DNA of 64,000 nucleotides, from positions 1,800,635 to 1,864,634 of the forward strand of contig CM082595.2 of the NCBI GenBank assembly GCA_040954595.2. Reading direction: 5' to 3'. The DNA comes from Balanoglossus misakiensis (taxonomy: Eukaryota > Animalia > Hemichordata). The notes under the pieces are model-generated. The model worked only from the letters and a program-made list of their open reading frames with translations, made no database searches and was not told where the DNA came from. Position 1 is the first letter of the stretch. Each line of letters starts with the position of its first letter. Below are positions 10,401 to 22,400 of the stretch, in pieces. The translations under genes were made by a program, and so were the position numbers.

Positions 10401-13400
10401 ATAAAATCTGACAGGAACTGAACAGGTCATTTGAGGACATGTCGCCCACCCTACTTTTCTACCTTTGTGAGTTTCTGTCGTTGATGTAACACAGAGTGAC
10501 GGCAGAGACACTTCCGAATACTCAAAATTACGCTTGATGTTTAAGTTTTAAATCGCAGCTGAAATTCACCGTCTGTTTCGATATGTACACATCATGCGGT
10601 TTTCTGAAAGATAGGGCCAACATGAACGATGCAAATCTTGGATCATTTGCCAGTTTTGGCTATGAAGGTGAGTCTTTGTAGTCGTGTTGAAATCCTGTCG
10701 TTTTTGTCTTCGTGCTGTCTTCTTTTATGGACAGACTGGATTCGCGAAAGAACGACTTGAGCAACCAGGTTATGAAGATTGCATTCATGTACTCTGTTTA
10801 CTTTCTGGATGTCTAGCCTGAGCTTGACAATACCATAACCGTACATATACAATGTAGATGTGAATACAACAAACACAAGCCATAATGGTTTGTATTCTAT
10901 ACATCCAGACACTCCCTGTCTGTCACAGTACACTGTGAAGTCAGCCACTAACTACAAAGCGTGAGAAATATCGGAAAATTGCAGTCCACACTGTTTCCCA
11001 TGGAATTTCTGGTATTGTGTTGGCTTATTTGCATAACAGTGCAATTGTTATGATCATAAGTGTCTATTGTTTCCCCAAAATTGAAGGTAGTAACGGAAAC
11101 CTTTACGAGTAATTGTTCTGTGAAGAAGACTGGTTTTAGTAGGTTAGGTAGCTTTCTGTTATCGAGTAGTTGGGTACATAGTCTAACAGGAGTACTTGGT
11201 CTTGTAATATTCAGTGATAGTGCATGTAGAATCATATATATTTATTGATTTGATTTATAATTAAAACAACAATGTTGCACACAAGTAATCTTTCTCCACG
11301 ACCTCTGAACTTCTATTAATGTTTGACAAAAAAATCACAAATAATTTCTTCTAGTTCTGCTTTGAAGATAGACTACAATCTCACTCTGGTGTTGCATAGA
11401 TGGAATTCTTGTCTGAAGTAGTTTGCATGCATTCCGTAGGCTATGTGTTATCAGGGGTGACTAGACTGAGCTGTGATGTAATCTCTGCTTGGTTTTTGTT
11501 CAACATGCAGAATGGAAAAAGTTCATTTGCTTGAGACGAGACAGGACAGTTCATCAAGAGAACAAAAATACTGGGAAAACAGCCAAAAGTTATGGCTAAG
11601 TGGGGCTTTAAGTTTACTGTACATTGCAGGTGTTAGATTGGGTATGGGTGTGTTTGGTTTGTATTTCTACACCCTGGGACACTTCCATCTATAGCTGTGT
11701 TCATGACATTGATATAACCTGCTAATCCTAACTTCATAGGGTACATTACACTAAATGCCTCTACTGGATGTATTGTGTTAACAGCTTAAAGTGTGTTAAC
11801 TGAGGAGGTCATACATTGAAAGCGATGTCTTTGTGGTAGAATTGATTCTGATGTCTGTCCTTGTTTTTCACCTTGAATTATTCTCCCATTTTCTCTGTTC
11901 ATTCACTGGAAGTCTGAAGTCAATGAGTTGTCAATAGTTGTCGATCCACCCGGCCTTCAACAAAATCCTTTTTCCAATAAATACAGTTACGAGCGAAACT
12001 GTCTCTTCTAACCTTATTCTACATTATTCCTTTCACACTTTTTCATAATTTATATAAATCCAACCTTGTCACATTTTAAAACAATTTCATGATGTTGTAC
12101 CACCCTTTGATGTCAATGCATTTCATTGAGTGTAGTCACTCAGTAGCATGATAGATTCAATGGAAAGCCAAAACGATGTTTGATACAGTGGTATATTGTA
12201 ATTTTAATCATGTTTACATTGTGTAATCACACATAATTACATTGGCAATTGAATCCCTGGAATATTCCACCATTAATTCATTCAACTAAAGAAAGAAATT
12301 TGAATACATTTACCCATGGAGGCAAATGTTGATAAATTATCATGTAGTTAGCCAGTCCTGTACCAATTATTGCCCACTTAGCCAGGCCTAATTGAAGCAG
12401 TCACATCTTGTCACCTGACCACAGTTAATCTATGAGAAAAATATGATGTGAGGAGGTTGAATTGATACATTGTGTGGAATATGGATACATTTTGAGGAAG
12501 ATTGTTACATTGAAGCGATTCAGTGATTCGTGACACGGGATTGGTTCACCAATGTGACAGTGTTTGTGGAGTGACCTAGATGTGAATGTGTAAAGGGCTG
12601 AGTGAATGAATCTGTCAGAGTCACCTTGTGAGAATTTATCAATCCTTTTGCGATGGAGCAATTAGTCTTTGAAGGTAAGCCCCGACTCTAGAATTGCACT
12701 CACTACTACAGAACACAATAGTGAATTCAACCGATGTAAACTGAGATCCATCACCTTTGAACCTGTTTACTGATTGCTACAATGAAACACTGTTGACTGG
12801 TAGATTGCTAACCGCTTTGCTACTAAAAATCGGATCTCATCATGTTTGAATCAGAATGTTCAATTCAGATTATTTGTGTCATTGACATATTTGTCTCGGG
12901 AGATTCACATAGATAACATGGACAGAACATTTACCTATTAGTGAATTTTTAAAATGGTCACATGTATTTGATAGAAATTTATTAGTGTAATATAGTGATA
13001 CATTGTAACAAATATAAATCTGTGATGTAGCCATGAAAAGAGAAACAGTTTATGGTGTGGGAAAAATTGTAAATATGTAACAATGTGATTTCTATTGATT
13101 ATGTAACATTTCAAATGTTAGTAACATTGTGATATTGATTTGCAACTATAGTGTGTATCACTATTAAAAGACATGAATAAGTGACCTTCAAATCACCATA
13201 CTATTGCTCTTTTCTATTCTCTGCACGCAAATATATGGTACGATTTCCACTGAATGTCTTGTCACAAGTTTGCGACATTTTTCTGTTCTATTGAGCCAAG
13301 ACAAGAGCAACAGAAATAGCTTTAACCCTTTCACCACCATGGTTCAGTCCAAACCCCTTGTTTTCTATGGTAACGTTGGATCTCTTAAAGATGGAACTGG

Positions 13401-16400
13401 GGGTGAAAGGGTTAACACTGGGTCTGCAATCATTCTGGCCATACACATAATATTGACACTGGATGGATGGAAAATATGATCATATCATTAAATTGTAATG
13501 TGAAATAAATATGTAAGGTGATCCAAAATTAGTCGAAATGCACACGAATATGTAAATCAATGAGTTCTCACAGACTATTGTAAAATCAATTAATGGGGAG
13601 TAAATTGAGTGTTGTGCAAATGAATCATGTGGGTGTACCACCATAAAGATTAATTTATGTGGGTTTTTATATAATAGCTTAGAAAACACCATCTGGCTGT
13701 ATCTAAAGTTAGATTTTTTTATATATATCTGTATGAAGTAATATTTCTGAACAAGTATTCTTTTTGTTTTAGATTCCCTACACCAAGATATGAAATTCTG
13801 CTGTGTTCATAATTATGCCAAAACTGCTAACTAAAAAACAAATCTCATTTTGTCCTAAATTTAGTGACAACCTATGTAATATAATAGAGATTACAGTTAA
13901 TTTTGAAGATTCAGCTATTAGAAATCTGGATGTACTGTTCCTACACACATAATATGAGTAGATTAACATTTAATCATGATTTCTAAAAATAGAAACTAGA
14001 ATTGTAGTAGTATAGATAAGACCTACGTTTCCAACTGGGTCAGCTCTGGGCTACCCCAAGACCAGCATGGGTTAGCCCGTTTAGTACCTAATTAGGAGAG
14101 ACCCACAGTAGCACAGGCTAGACTAGGCATAAAGTCTGATGCTACCATGTTAGGTCCACTGGACTGGTTCTGTGGTATAGACTGATGTACCCTAAGAGAG
14201 CATACATGTATTATGTGTCCATACTAGGCTGTATCTCTTGCCCAGATGAGAGGTTGGTTTTAATAGTCAGAAGGATTTGGAGTAGCCAGGGCTGTGAAAG
14301 AGTCTTAAACATAGCAGGCTTAACAGAAACAATAGAGACAATTAGTAACACTGGGTCAAATCCATTGTTATTCCAGTGTCCGAAAAAGAGCTAAATTGCA
14401 GTTTCTGAAAGCCGTCTCTTGAATATGTCAGGTGGTACCCGGTCATAGAACTATTTCTAGATGTCAAATGTCGAATGATCTTATTGATATGAGTTATGTG
14501 GCCCAGTGTGAGAAAAGTAGGGCACCCATGCGATTGAATTAGAATCATTTATTATCTTTATTTCAGGTCTGGTATGAGACACACCCAACGCATTTATCAT
14601 AAACAGCAGGTTAATTTTAGGCTTGGTGACAACAGTCTGGAATATCAAAATGTTGTGACACACACATACTCGCTATTTGCCATTCAATAAATGCAATATT
14701 GTGGTATTTGATGACTTCAAATACAGAATTGTACAGTCCTATAGAAAGTGTTGTCTCAGCTGCTTGGATTCTCAGGTATTGTTGTCGTGGTAATGGATAT
14801 TAACCAAGGGTAGTGACACCCTGACCTTTGACCTCACTTTAATAGTACATGCATGTATGTAATATTGCCAGCTATTGGTACATTGTGATATCTGTATCTG
14901 TAGAGTTAATGTTCTAAGTGTAACAATCATTACTGGTAGCTCTGTGTATAGTGTGAATTTCGTCAGCTGCTGTTTTCATTGTCCTTTGTTTTCAGAAACA
15001 AAAGAGTTTGGTAAAAATCTTATTAAGCTTACTTGATTGACTTCTCAAACAAAGCAAGAGAAAAACATTAGTAGCCAGTGGGTTTAATTCAACAATTGAA
15101 GAGCAGACTCTAGTCTAGTGCTTTGTGTTTTAACGAGTATTGAACAGAAACAGCGGACTACATTTTGCAGCTACAGGTTTCTATCAGAATATCAGAGTGA
15201 CCATACAAAATCCATATATGGTAATCGTAGTTAAAATACCCCATGAAGTCATAAAACATTACTTATTTTAGTAGCAGACAAATGTTTTAATTTATTAGGT
15301 GAATTTAACCATTTATTGCAATTCTGTTTCATTTCTACCACATATCTTTTGTCATCTTAATAAGGCGTGTAATTGTTGTGATTAAAATGCTATTTGAAAT
15401 GTATGGAGTAACAAAAGAAGCTATTGTCATGGCATTTAAGGCTTATTATTAATTCAGCCAAACTAAAATATTGGCCTGGCCTTAAAATTATTCTGGTGGA
15501 GAAAGCAGGCAGTGAGACTTGTGCAGAGTGAAAACCATTGGCCCCAAAATGAACTTTGAAATCACAGGTCAAACAGAAGTAACATTCACATAAAACAATT
15601 CGTTTGACCTCTGAACTCCAACATCAGTATTATCTATAGACATAAAATAACAACTTTTTAATATAGGTTTGGTCAGATATAAATGACCAATTTCTGGGAA
15701 TCGATGTGCAAATTGTATACGTTCTTCAGAAAAGGCAAATTTTATATTGATGTACTTTCAAGGGAGAAAGTTTCAGATCCATGACTGGGCGTAACTGTTG
15801 CAATGAATCGTGCAAATTGACATGGCATGCAAGTAATTCTAAAGCTTTTCTTCCCCCTTTGAATAACCAGAAACAATAATACACTGTACATGTCGATACT
15901 AGCTGTGATTGTCAGCTGTGTCTGTATTATGAATTGAAACACAGTTGTCAGTATAAAAGAATATAATTCATTGATTTGACAAAGGGCTGAATATCTATTA
16001 GAATGAATGAAAGAAAGAAATGACATTGACAGACTGTGGCAGATTGCCAAAGATCTTACCATCATAGTAATGATTTATAGCTGTAAGCACTGTCTAACAA
16101 GTGAAATACAATGTATATTACTGGAACATATTGCATAGAGTATTGAAAGTGTAAGACCAACCAGCCAACCATCTGACCAACCGACCAGCCAACCAGCCAG
16201 AGCACCAAATTCAAGAACCTAAGGTATTGTCCAACCACTGTTTGCAGATTGAAAGGTGTTAGAAATCCTTGTTAACAAGCGAGTCTTGGTACTGAAGGTA
16301 ACTTTTCTCAAGGTTGTGTTTAATTCAATGAGAACACTGTTCCTGGTTGATAGAAAAGGCGAGTGGGGGCATGATCGCCACAATTTTCTGTTCTGAGCCA

Positions 16401-19400
16401 TGAGAAAGTGTAATTGAAACTTGTGCAATGAGTATTAGATCTAGTTTTCAAGTGGGAAGTCAGATAATTTAAAAAAAACTTATAGCTTTCTGTTCTGATG
16501 CAAATGATCTGCAGTGAACTCAAAATTGCATGGAAATGTAAATATGAGGTGAGCGACAGTGTATATAATGTCTGCCACGTTTGAGTGACACATTCTTCTT
16601 GTCTGGAATTCAAAAGTTGTCAGGCTTTATTTCCTGTGAATTATAGACATCCATGCCTTGGTAGGACTTTGTGTTCATACCTTGACGAAACTCAAATACC
16701 AACGAAATCGACTCTGCAGTTGATCTCTTGTTATCAATGCGTTGTGGTATGTCCGTATTATGGAGTTAAGTAGCGTGCTATTGTGTTAACGTCTTTCCCG
16801 ACACATGCGAGGGTAGGTATATGAACTTTGCTGTGAAGTTGCACATGTTTTCGAACACTTAGGGTGGAATTCCTCACATTCTATACACACACACCGATAA
16901 TCTGAAGCATGGCAAGTAAACATAGTGTGTTGATCTACGCTAGTCTGCCGTTCAATTCAAACTGATTGCATTGTAAGGGATCTGATTTCAATGCAGCTGT
17001 TTGACGGAGACAAGAGTTGAACTTTGACCAGAGTTAGGTACAACTCGCATAACCTGTGGAATTTCTAAAATTCCAGTGTTTGAGAAAAATCTCCAAAGAT
17101 TGCAGCGTGTCCACCATAACAAACAGTAAAGCAGACCCCATGAAATGAAATATTTCTGTTGGTGTATTTCATCAGTCTTGTTTATGTCAATGTGAAAATA
17201 TTGTATTTTGTTTATAAAAGAATTGTGTAAATATCAGTGGTCTGATTGTAGTTTAATTATGTTTTGACTGTTGTAGATAGTCATATGAAAATATGATAAC
17301 CTTGTATGATATCTTGGTGGTGACTTACATGTTTGTTAAAGACAGCTACCTGTCTGCAGTGAAATTGGTACAATTACTTACATTATATGCCTGACAAATT
17401 CATCTGACGTGAGGCAGTTATACATGGTGCAAGTGTGTCAATCAAAGCAAGTCAATGGCAGATTAATTAATGACTGTGAGACATGGACAATTGCAAGTTT
17501 TATCAAAGCTTTCCATGTTCATATCACTATCTGTATCTCATGTTTGTGAGTACATATTGATACTGTCAAACATTTTTTGTTGTTGTGTACATTTGCATTG
17601 AGTCATTGACTTCAAATGGGTATTTCCTTCCTTTGAATGTTTCATTGTACCAAGAATGTTGACATTCTTTAGAATCCTTGAACTTTTCCTTGTCATGTTT
17701 CTGGATTGTTTTTAGGGGTAGCTCATTTCCTCATTAAAACATGTTTTGATTTCTTGATAGAGGTGAAGTTCAAATTCGTTCTGATATACCAGTATATAGG
17801 TTTATATACTAATGTTTGCAGGTAGCACATCACTCTATGTGTCTGGATTTTTAAGGACGGTGTGGAAAGTGGACATTTCTTTATTTACTTGTGCTCAATT
17901 ATGCATAGGTCCATTCAGATAAGGTCAAGTTTCTTTTGTTCAGGTAATAAGCTCCTGCAAAGACCTTCAAGTTCAATGCACGTTCCTCACATAATCATAC
18001 ATATAGGTGGCGCTATTCAAGTGGAGATTAACAAACAAACTGTTTGTTAATTTCTCTCATTTGTTATGAAACTGTTTTCATAAATATTCAATTGTACAAA
18101 TCACAAACGAAGGAATAGAGACAGTTTATTTGAAGCATGCTAAAATTGAGCTGAAGTAGGTCAACATGGAATGCATGCTCAGATATGTTAAAAGCAGAGG
18201 GTTCGAAAAGCTTATTTTCTAGACTATAGTTGGTTTGGTTGTAACAGATTTTAGTCGAATCAGTCTTCAGATAACCCTCTTTGAGATCATTTGTGCAGTA
18301 ATTATTTCTTACCTATTTATTGTCAGTACAGCAGATAACACTGTCTGCATCGTGTATGCAAACTGAGTCACTGAGTGCATGCGCCCTGTATTTCATCAGG
18401 GCCATCAAATGTGAATAATCTGACATCAGCCTATTTTACATGACATTCCCATTATAGCATATGACTTGTTACTTTGTAGGCTGCCATGCATACAGTGTGG
18501 CCATGTGTGTGTGCATATTTTAACCTAACAATAAAGGGTAGGCCGGCAGTGGCTATTTTAATACCATCATTGTAATATCTTAATCATTGTGACTCGAGGT
18601 ACCATACGATGTGTGTGTGTGTGCATGCTATTTCATGTACACGCCCAAAGAATGGCCATTTCACCTCTGTGACTATTATACATACATGGATCCAATCACT
18701 TTCTATCGAGATAACATGGTAGGTAGTTATTTGACTGTTTTGAAATCATCGTCTAAAACTAGTACTGGTGAAACATGTAGCTGATGTGAATCTCCGTTAC
18801 CCGTATGTAATGAACGGTTTCAGATATTTGAGGTCATATATACCTTGTACAGACTAATTCTGCTCGCAAAAAATGATCCAATATCGTGACTCGAGTCGTC
18901 TGTTGCTCTGTATAATAGTAATCACCGTGTATCAAGTAGTGTACTCATTTTTCTGTGATCAAGTGTATTGACATTAAGCAAATTCAGAAATTGCACAATT
19001 AATTATCAACTCTTTTCATAATTCAAAATATAGCTTAAAAATATCACAGAATAATTTTGACGTAGACTGATTTTGCCTCAGTGCTCTGTACTGTGCAGTA
19101 ATTGAAACGCGGCAGGTTTTATGTCTATACAGTTCATCGGTCATGGGGTTAAATATTTGTGCTGTTGAATTGCCATACATAAAGAGGAAGAGATATAAAA
19201 AGGGCTCGTTTTGTATCGTGTTAGATTTGTAACTTGTTCAGCTGTTGCTTTTTAAGCAAAGTATGTGAATAATGTCACAAGAATCCTTTTATGTCTGGGA
19301 GGTTTTAGAACAGCTATAAACATTAACAGCAGACAATAATTTGCATTTGCGGAAAGCTATAACAACATCCTACGCAAAACAATTTAACAGAAGTATTTGC

Positions 19401-22400
19401 AGCATTGTTGTTGTTATTTTGTCTATAACCTTGTGGCCTTTATATTCTCATTTTTGTTTTATTTTTGTTCGGCTGGTTATGCCTGTGTTGACCCTGAACA
19501 TGTTTTTGTAATATGGATTGATAACTTTATCAGAAACTTGTATTGCGAACGTGACTGTATGGGTATTGCAGATTTGAATAAATCTTTTGTATCATCTGAA
19601 TTATAGTGATTGAGTGCCAGACAAAATGGCCGCTCCATACAACTCAGTAAGGCCAACGCTTTTGGATTGGTGACATGTAGTAGTCATGTGACTTTGAGCC
19701 ATGACAGTAGTTGCTCAGTAGTGTTTACAAGTACAGGTTTCCAATGATATCGATAATGACATTATCTCTGTATTAAACATTTCTTATTCTTTATTTTTTA
19801 CAGCAATCCAATCACTAGATTCACTCAATGATCAAATAGTTCAATACATATTCACACCAAGATGTGCCACGATAGAATGTAACGACCCAGAAGATGACGA
19901 ACTACAACCACGTGATCGAGAATCACTGAAAGCCAACCTTAGTTTAATGAGAAGACTGTTGGTTGATGCACAGACGAAATTCAGAAAAATGGTGGAAGAA
20001 AATAAGCAGTTAGCCCACAGGATAGACGGTTCTATACAGGTATGTTGATATTGACCAATGGCATTGTCTGTTGTATACAGGTATATTGACCAATGGCATT
20101 GTCCGTTCTAAACAGGTATGTTGATATTGACCAATGGCATTGTCCGTTCTATACAGGTATGTTGATATTGACCAATGGCATGGTCTGTTCTATACAGGTA
20201 TGCTGTAAACAACCTTTTGATTGGTTTATTTGCAGGATGCCAATGAAGATATGAGTGTGCTGAGAGCTGAACTAGAAGACACGAATAAACGCATTAATGA
20301 AATCAGTGCGGAAAACGGTACAGCTGATAAAGAAGGTAAGGAACTGAAGAAATGTTTGGCATGGCCAAGGTTTGGACAGGTTCTACTGTATAAATGAATA
20401 TTTTGGTCAAATCCGTCAATTCATTCCTGTTCAAATGTTTGTTTGTTTTTTTCTCCACTCCAGAAGAGTACAAAGCACAACAAGAAGAACTTGCCAAACT
20501 TCGAGAAAAAACAGCACAGTTGGAAAAGGACAAGAGAGCATTACTTAAACAGTTAGATGAATTCCGATACTTGGACCAAGTGGAGATGGAAATTCCCAGT
20601 GCTGCAGAGTTGAAGATACAACTAACACAGGCAGAACACGAACTTGCCAGAGCCAAAGAAGCATTGACTGGTAAGTGTACTTGTCAAAGACCATTGTAAA
20701 TTTTCAACATCATTTAACAATAATATATCACTTGTTCAAATTGCAACATACAGCCACAATCGGGAGTCAAGAAGATGTGCATGTACACCTATCAGGAAGC
20801 AATCCAAAAAGTGAGAGCTCTTAGGGCTTTAATGGTCAGGTCTAATTCAAGTCAGGATATTCCTATGAATGCCTATGAAATGTTTTTGTGATGAAATCAA
20901 TCTTGATTTGTGTTGTTGTTTTCTCAGCAATGAAGAATGACAGAAAAAGACTTAAAGGTGAAAAAGTGGAACTTTTACAACAATTGAAACAGTTATACAG
21001 TACACTGGAAGCCAAGGAGGAGGAGATCCGAGATTTTATCAGGAATTATGAACAAAATGTTAAAGAAATTGAAAGCAGCAAGCATGAACTGGTTGCTGAG
21101 AAAGAACAAGCAGAAAAAGAAAAATGGGAAATATTAAAACGTGCACGAGATTCTGCAGAAACATCTGTCAACCTGAGAGAACAGTTGGAATTTAAAGATA
21201 AATATTTACTCAGATTAGAAGATGAATTAAAGCAGGTAAGTCTGTGAATCTAATTAGAAAGTTAACAGTTTCATAAGTGATAGAGAAATTAACAAATTTT
21301 AGCTTTTTGTATCAACATCAGTTTCTTGTTTTCCATATAAGATATGAGAAATTGTATCATATGAATTCATTTTAAAGTAAAATACTTTAAAAATTTATTT
21401 TAATGCAATTCAATACCACTTTTTATTTCACAGGCAAAACGCCAATTAGAGTTAGAACGCTCTGACAGGTACAGCAGCACACCCAGAGACACACCAGGCA
21501 TGACACCCCGTGACACACACGCTGCCACAACCCCTGGGAACATCTCTTGCATTTCAGGGGGTGCCACTCACTGCATAGATGCACCAATCACGGAACTGCA
21601 TTTCTCCCATTGTACAAGTCCTATCACCGATGTCAATGACGACTTGTCTTCATCAACCAATGTACTGTCACCTCCAAATTTACCCAGAAGTCATCCGTCA
21701 ACATCAGGGATATCAGGTAAATATTTACTTTGTCTTTTCTTGTGTGATGTGAAGTACAGTACAAATACCTCTGCAAACCAAACAATTTAATGATGATCAC
21801 ATGATGATCACATGACTTCAGATTCTAAATGTTGTGATTATTTGAATAGATATAACAGATGATGGTCAATCCTCGGTCCACACGGCACGAGAGGAAGACA
21901 CTTCCAAATCAACAGAAGACTTAGATGCACTTGATGCTGGATCATCAGTTGCCGAGGAAAAGAAAAAGAAGAAAAAGAAAAAAAGTGGTGCATTTGGTTC
22001 TTTGTCGAAAGTATTTGGAAGGGGTAAAAACAAGAAAGTCTTGGAAGCATTGGTGTATGAAGGTAAGTTATGTTATCTGTCAGAACTTTGCACAAACTAT
22101 TGGATATTCTGATTGCAACATTTATTTCTGACGATTTTGTAGGACAGTAAAGATTTCTGCTACTGATGCTTTGTTTTTGAGATGTGTTTCTATTCACATC
22201 ATAAGAGAGATATTTTTGTTTTTGTTTATAACCACAGACCCTCCATCGATATCAGAACCCAGTGTGTTTGACTTGAGTCACGAAGAAAAAGTCAAGTTGG
22301 TGGAAGATTGTCAGCACACAGCAATGATGCACTGGACGGGCAATATGGTATTAGCTTGGCTAGAAGTTTCTATGTGCATGGCTAGATACACGAAAATGTG

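Noticed and set aside
19626-19646. ATGGCCGCTCCATACAACTCA|GTAAGG mini-exon
   Set aside because: Phase 0, does not join exon 2 in frame; the ATG lies in a YY1-like motif.
7527-19800. Numerous 60-120 aa ORFs in kazrin intron 1 and other introns/UTRs
   Set aside because: No recognisable domains, often non-ATG starts, composition typical of AT-rich non-coding DNA; no nested gene or transposase/RT remnant recognised.
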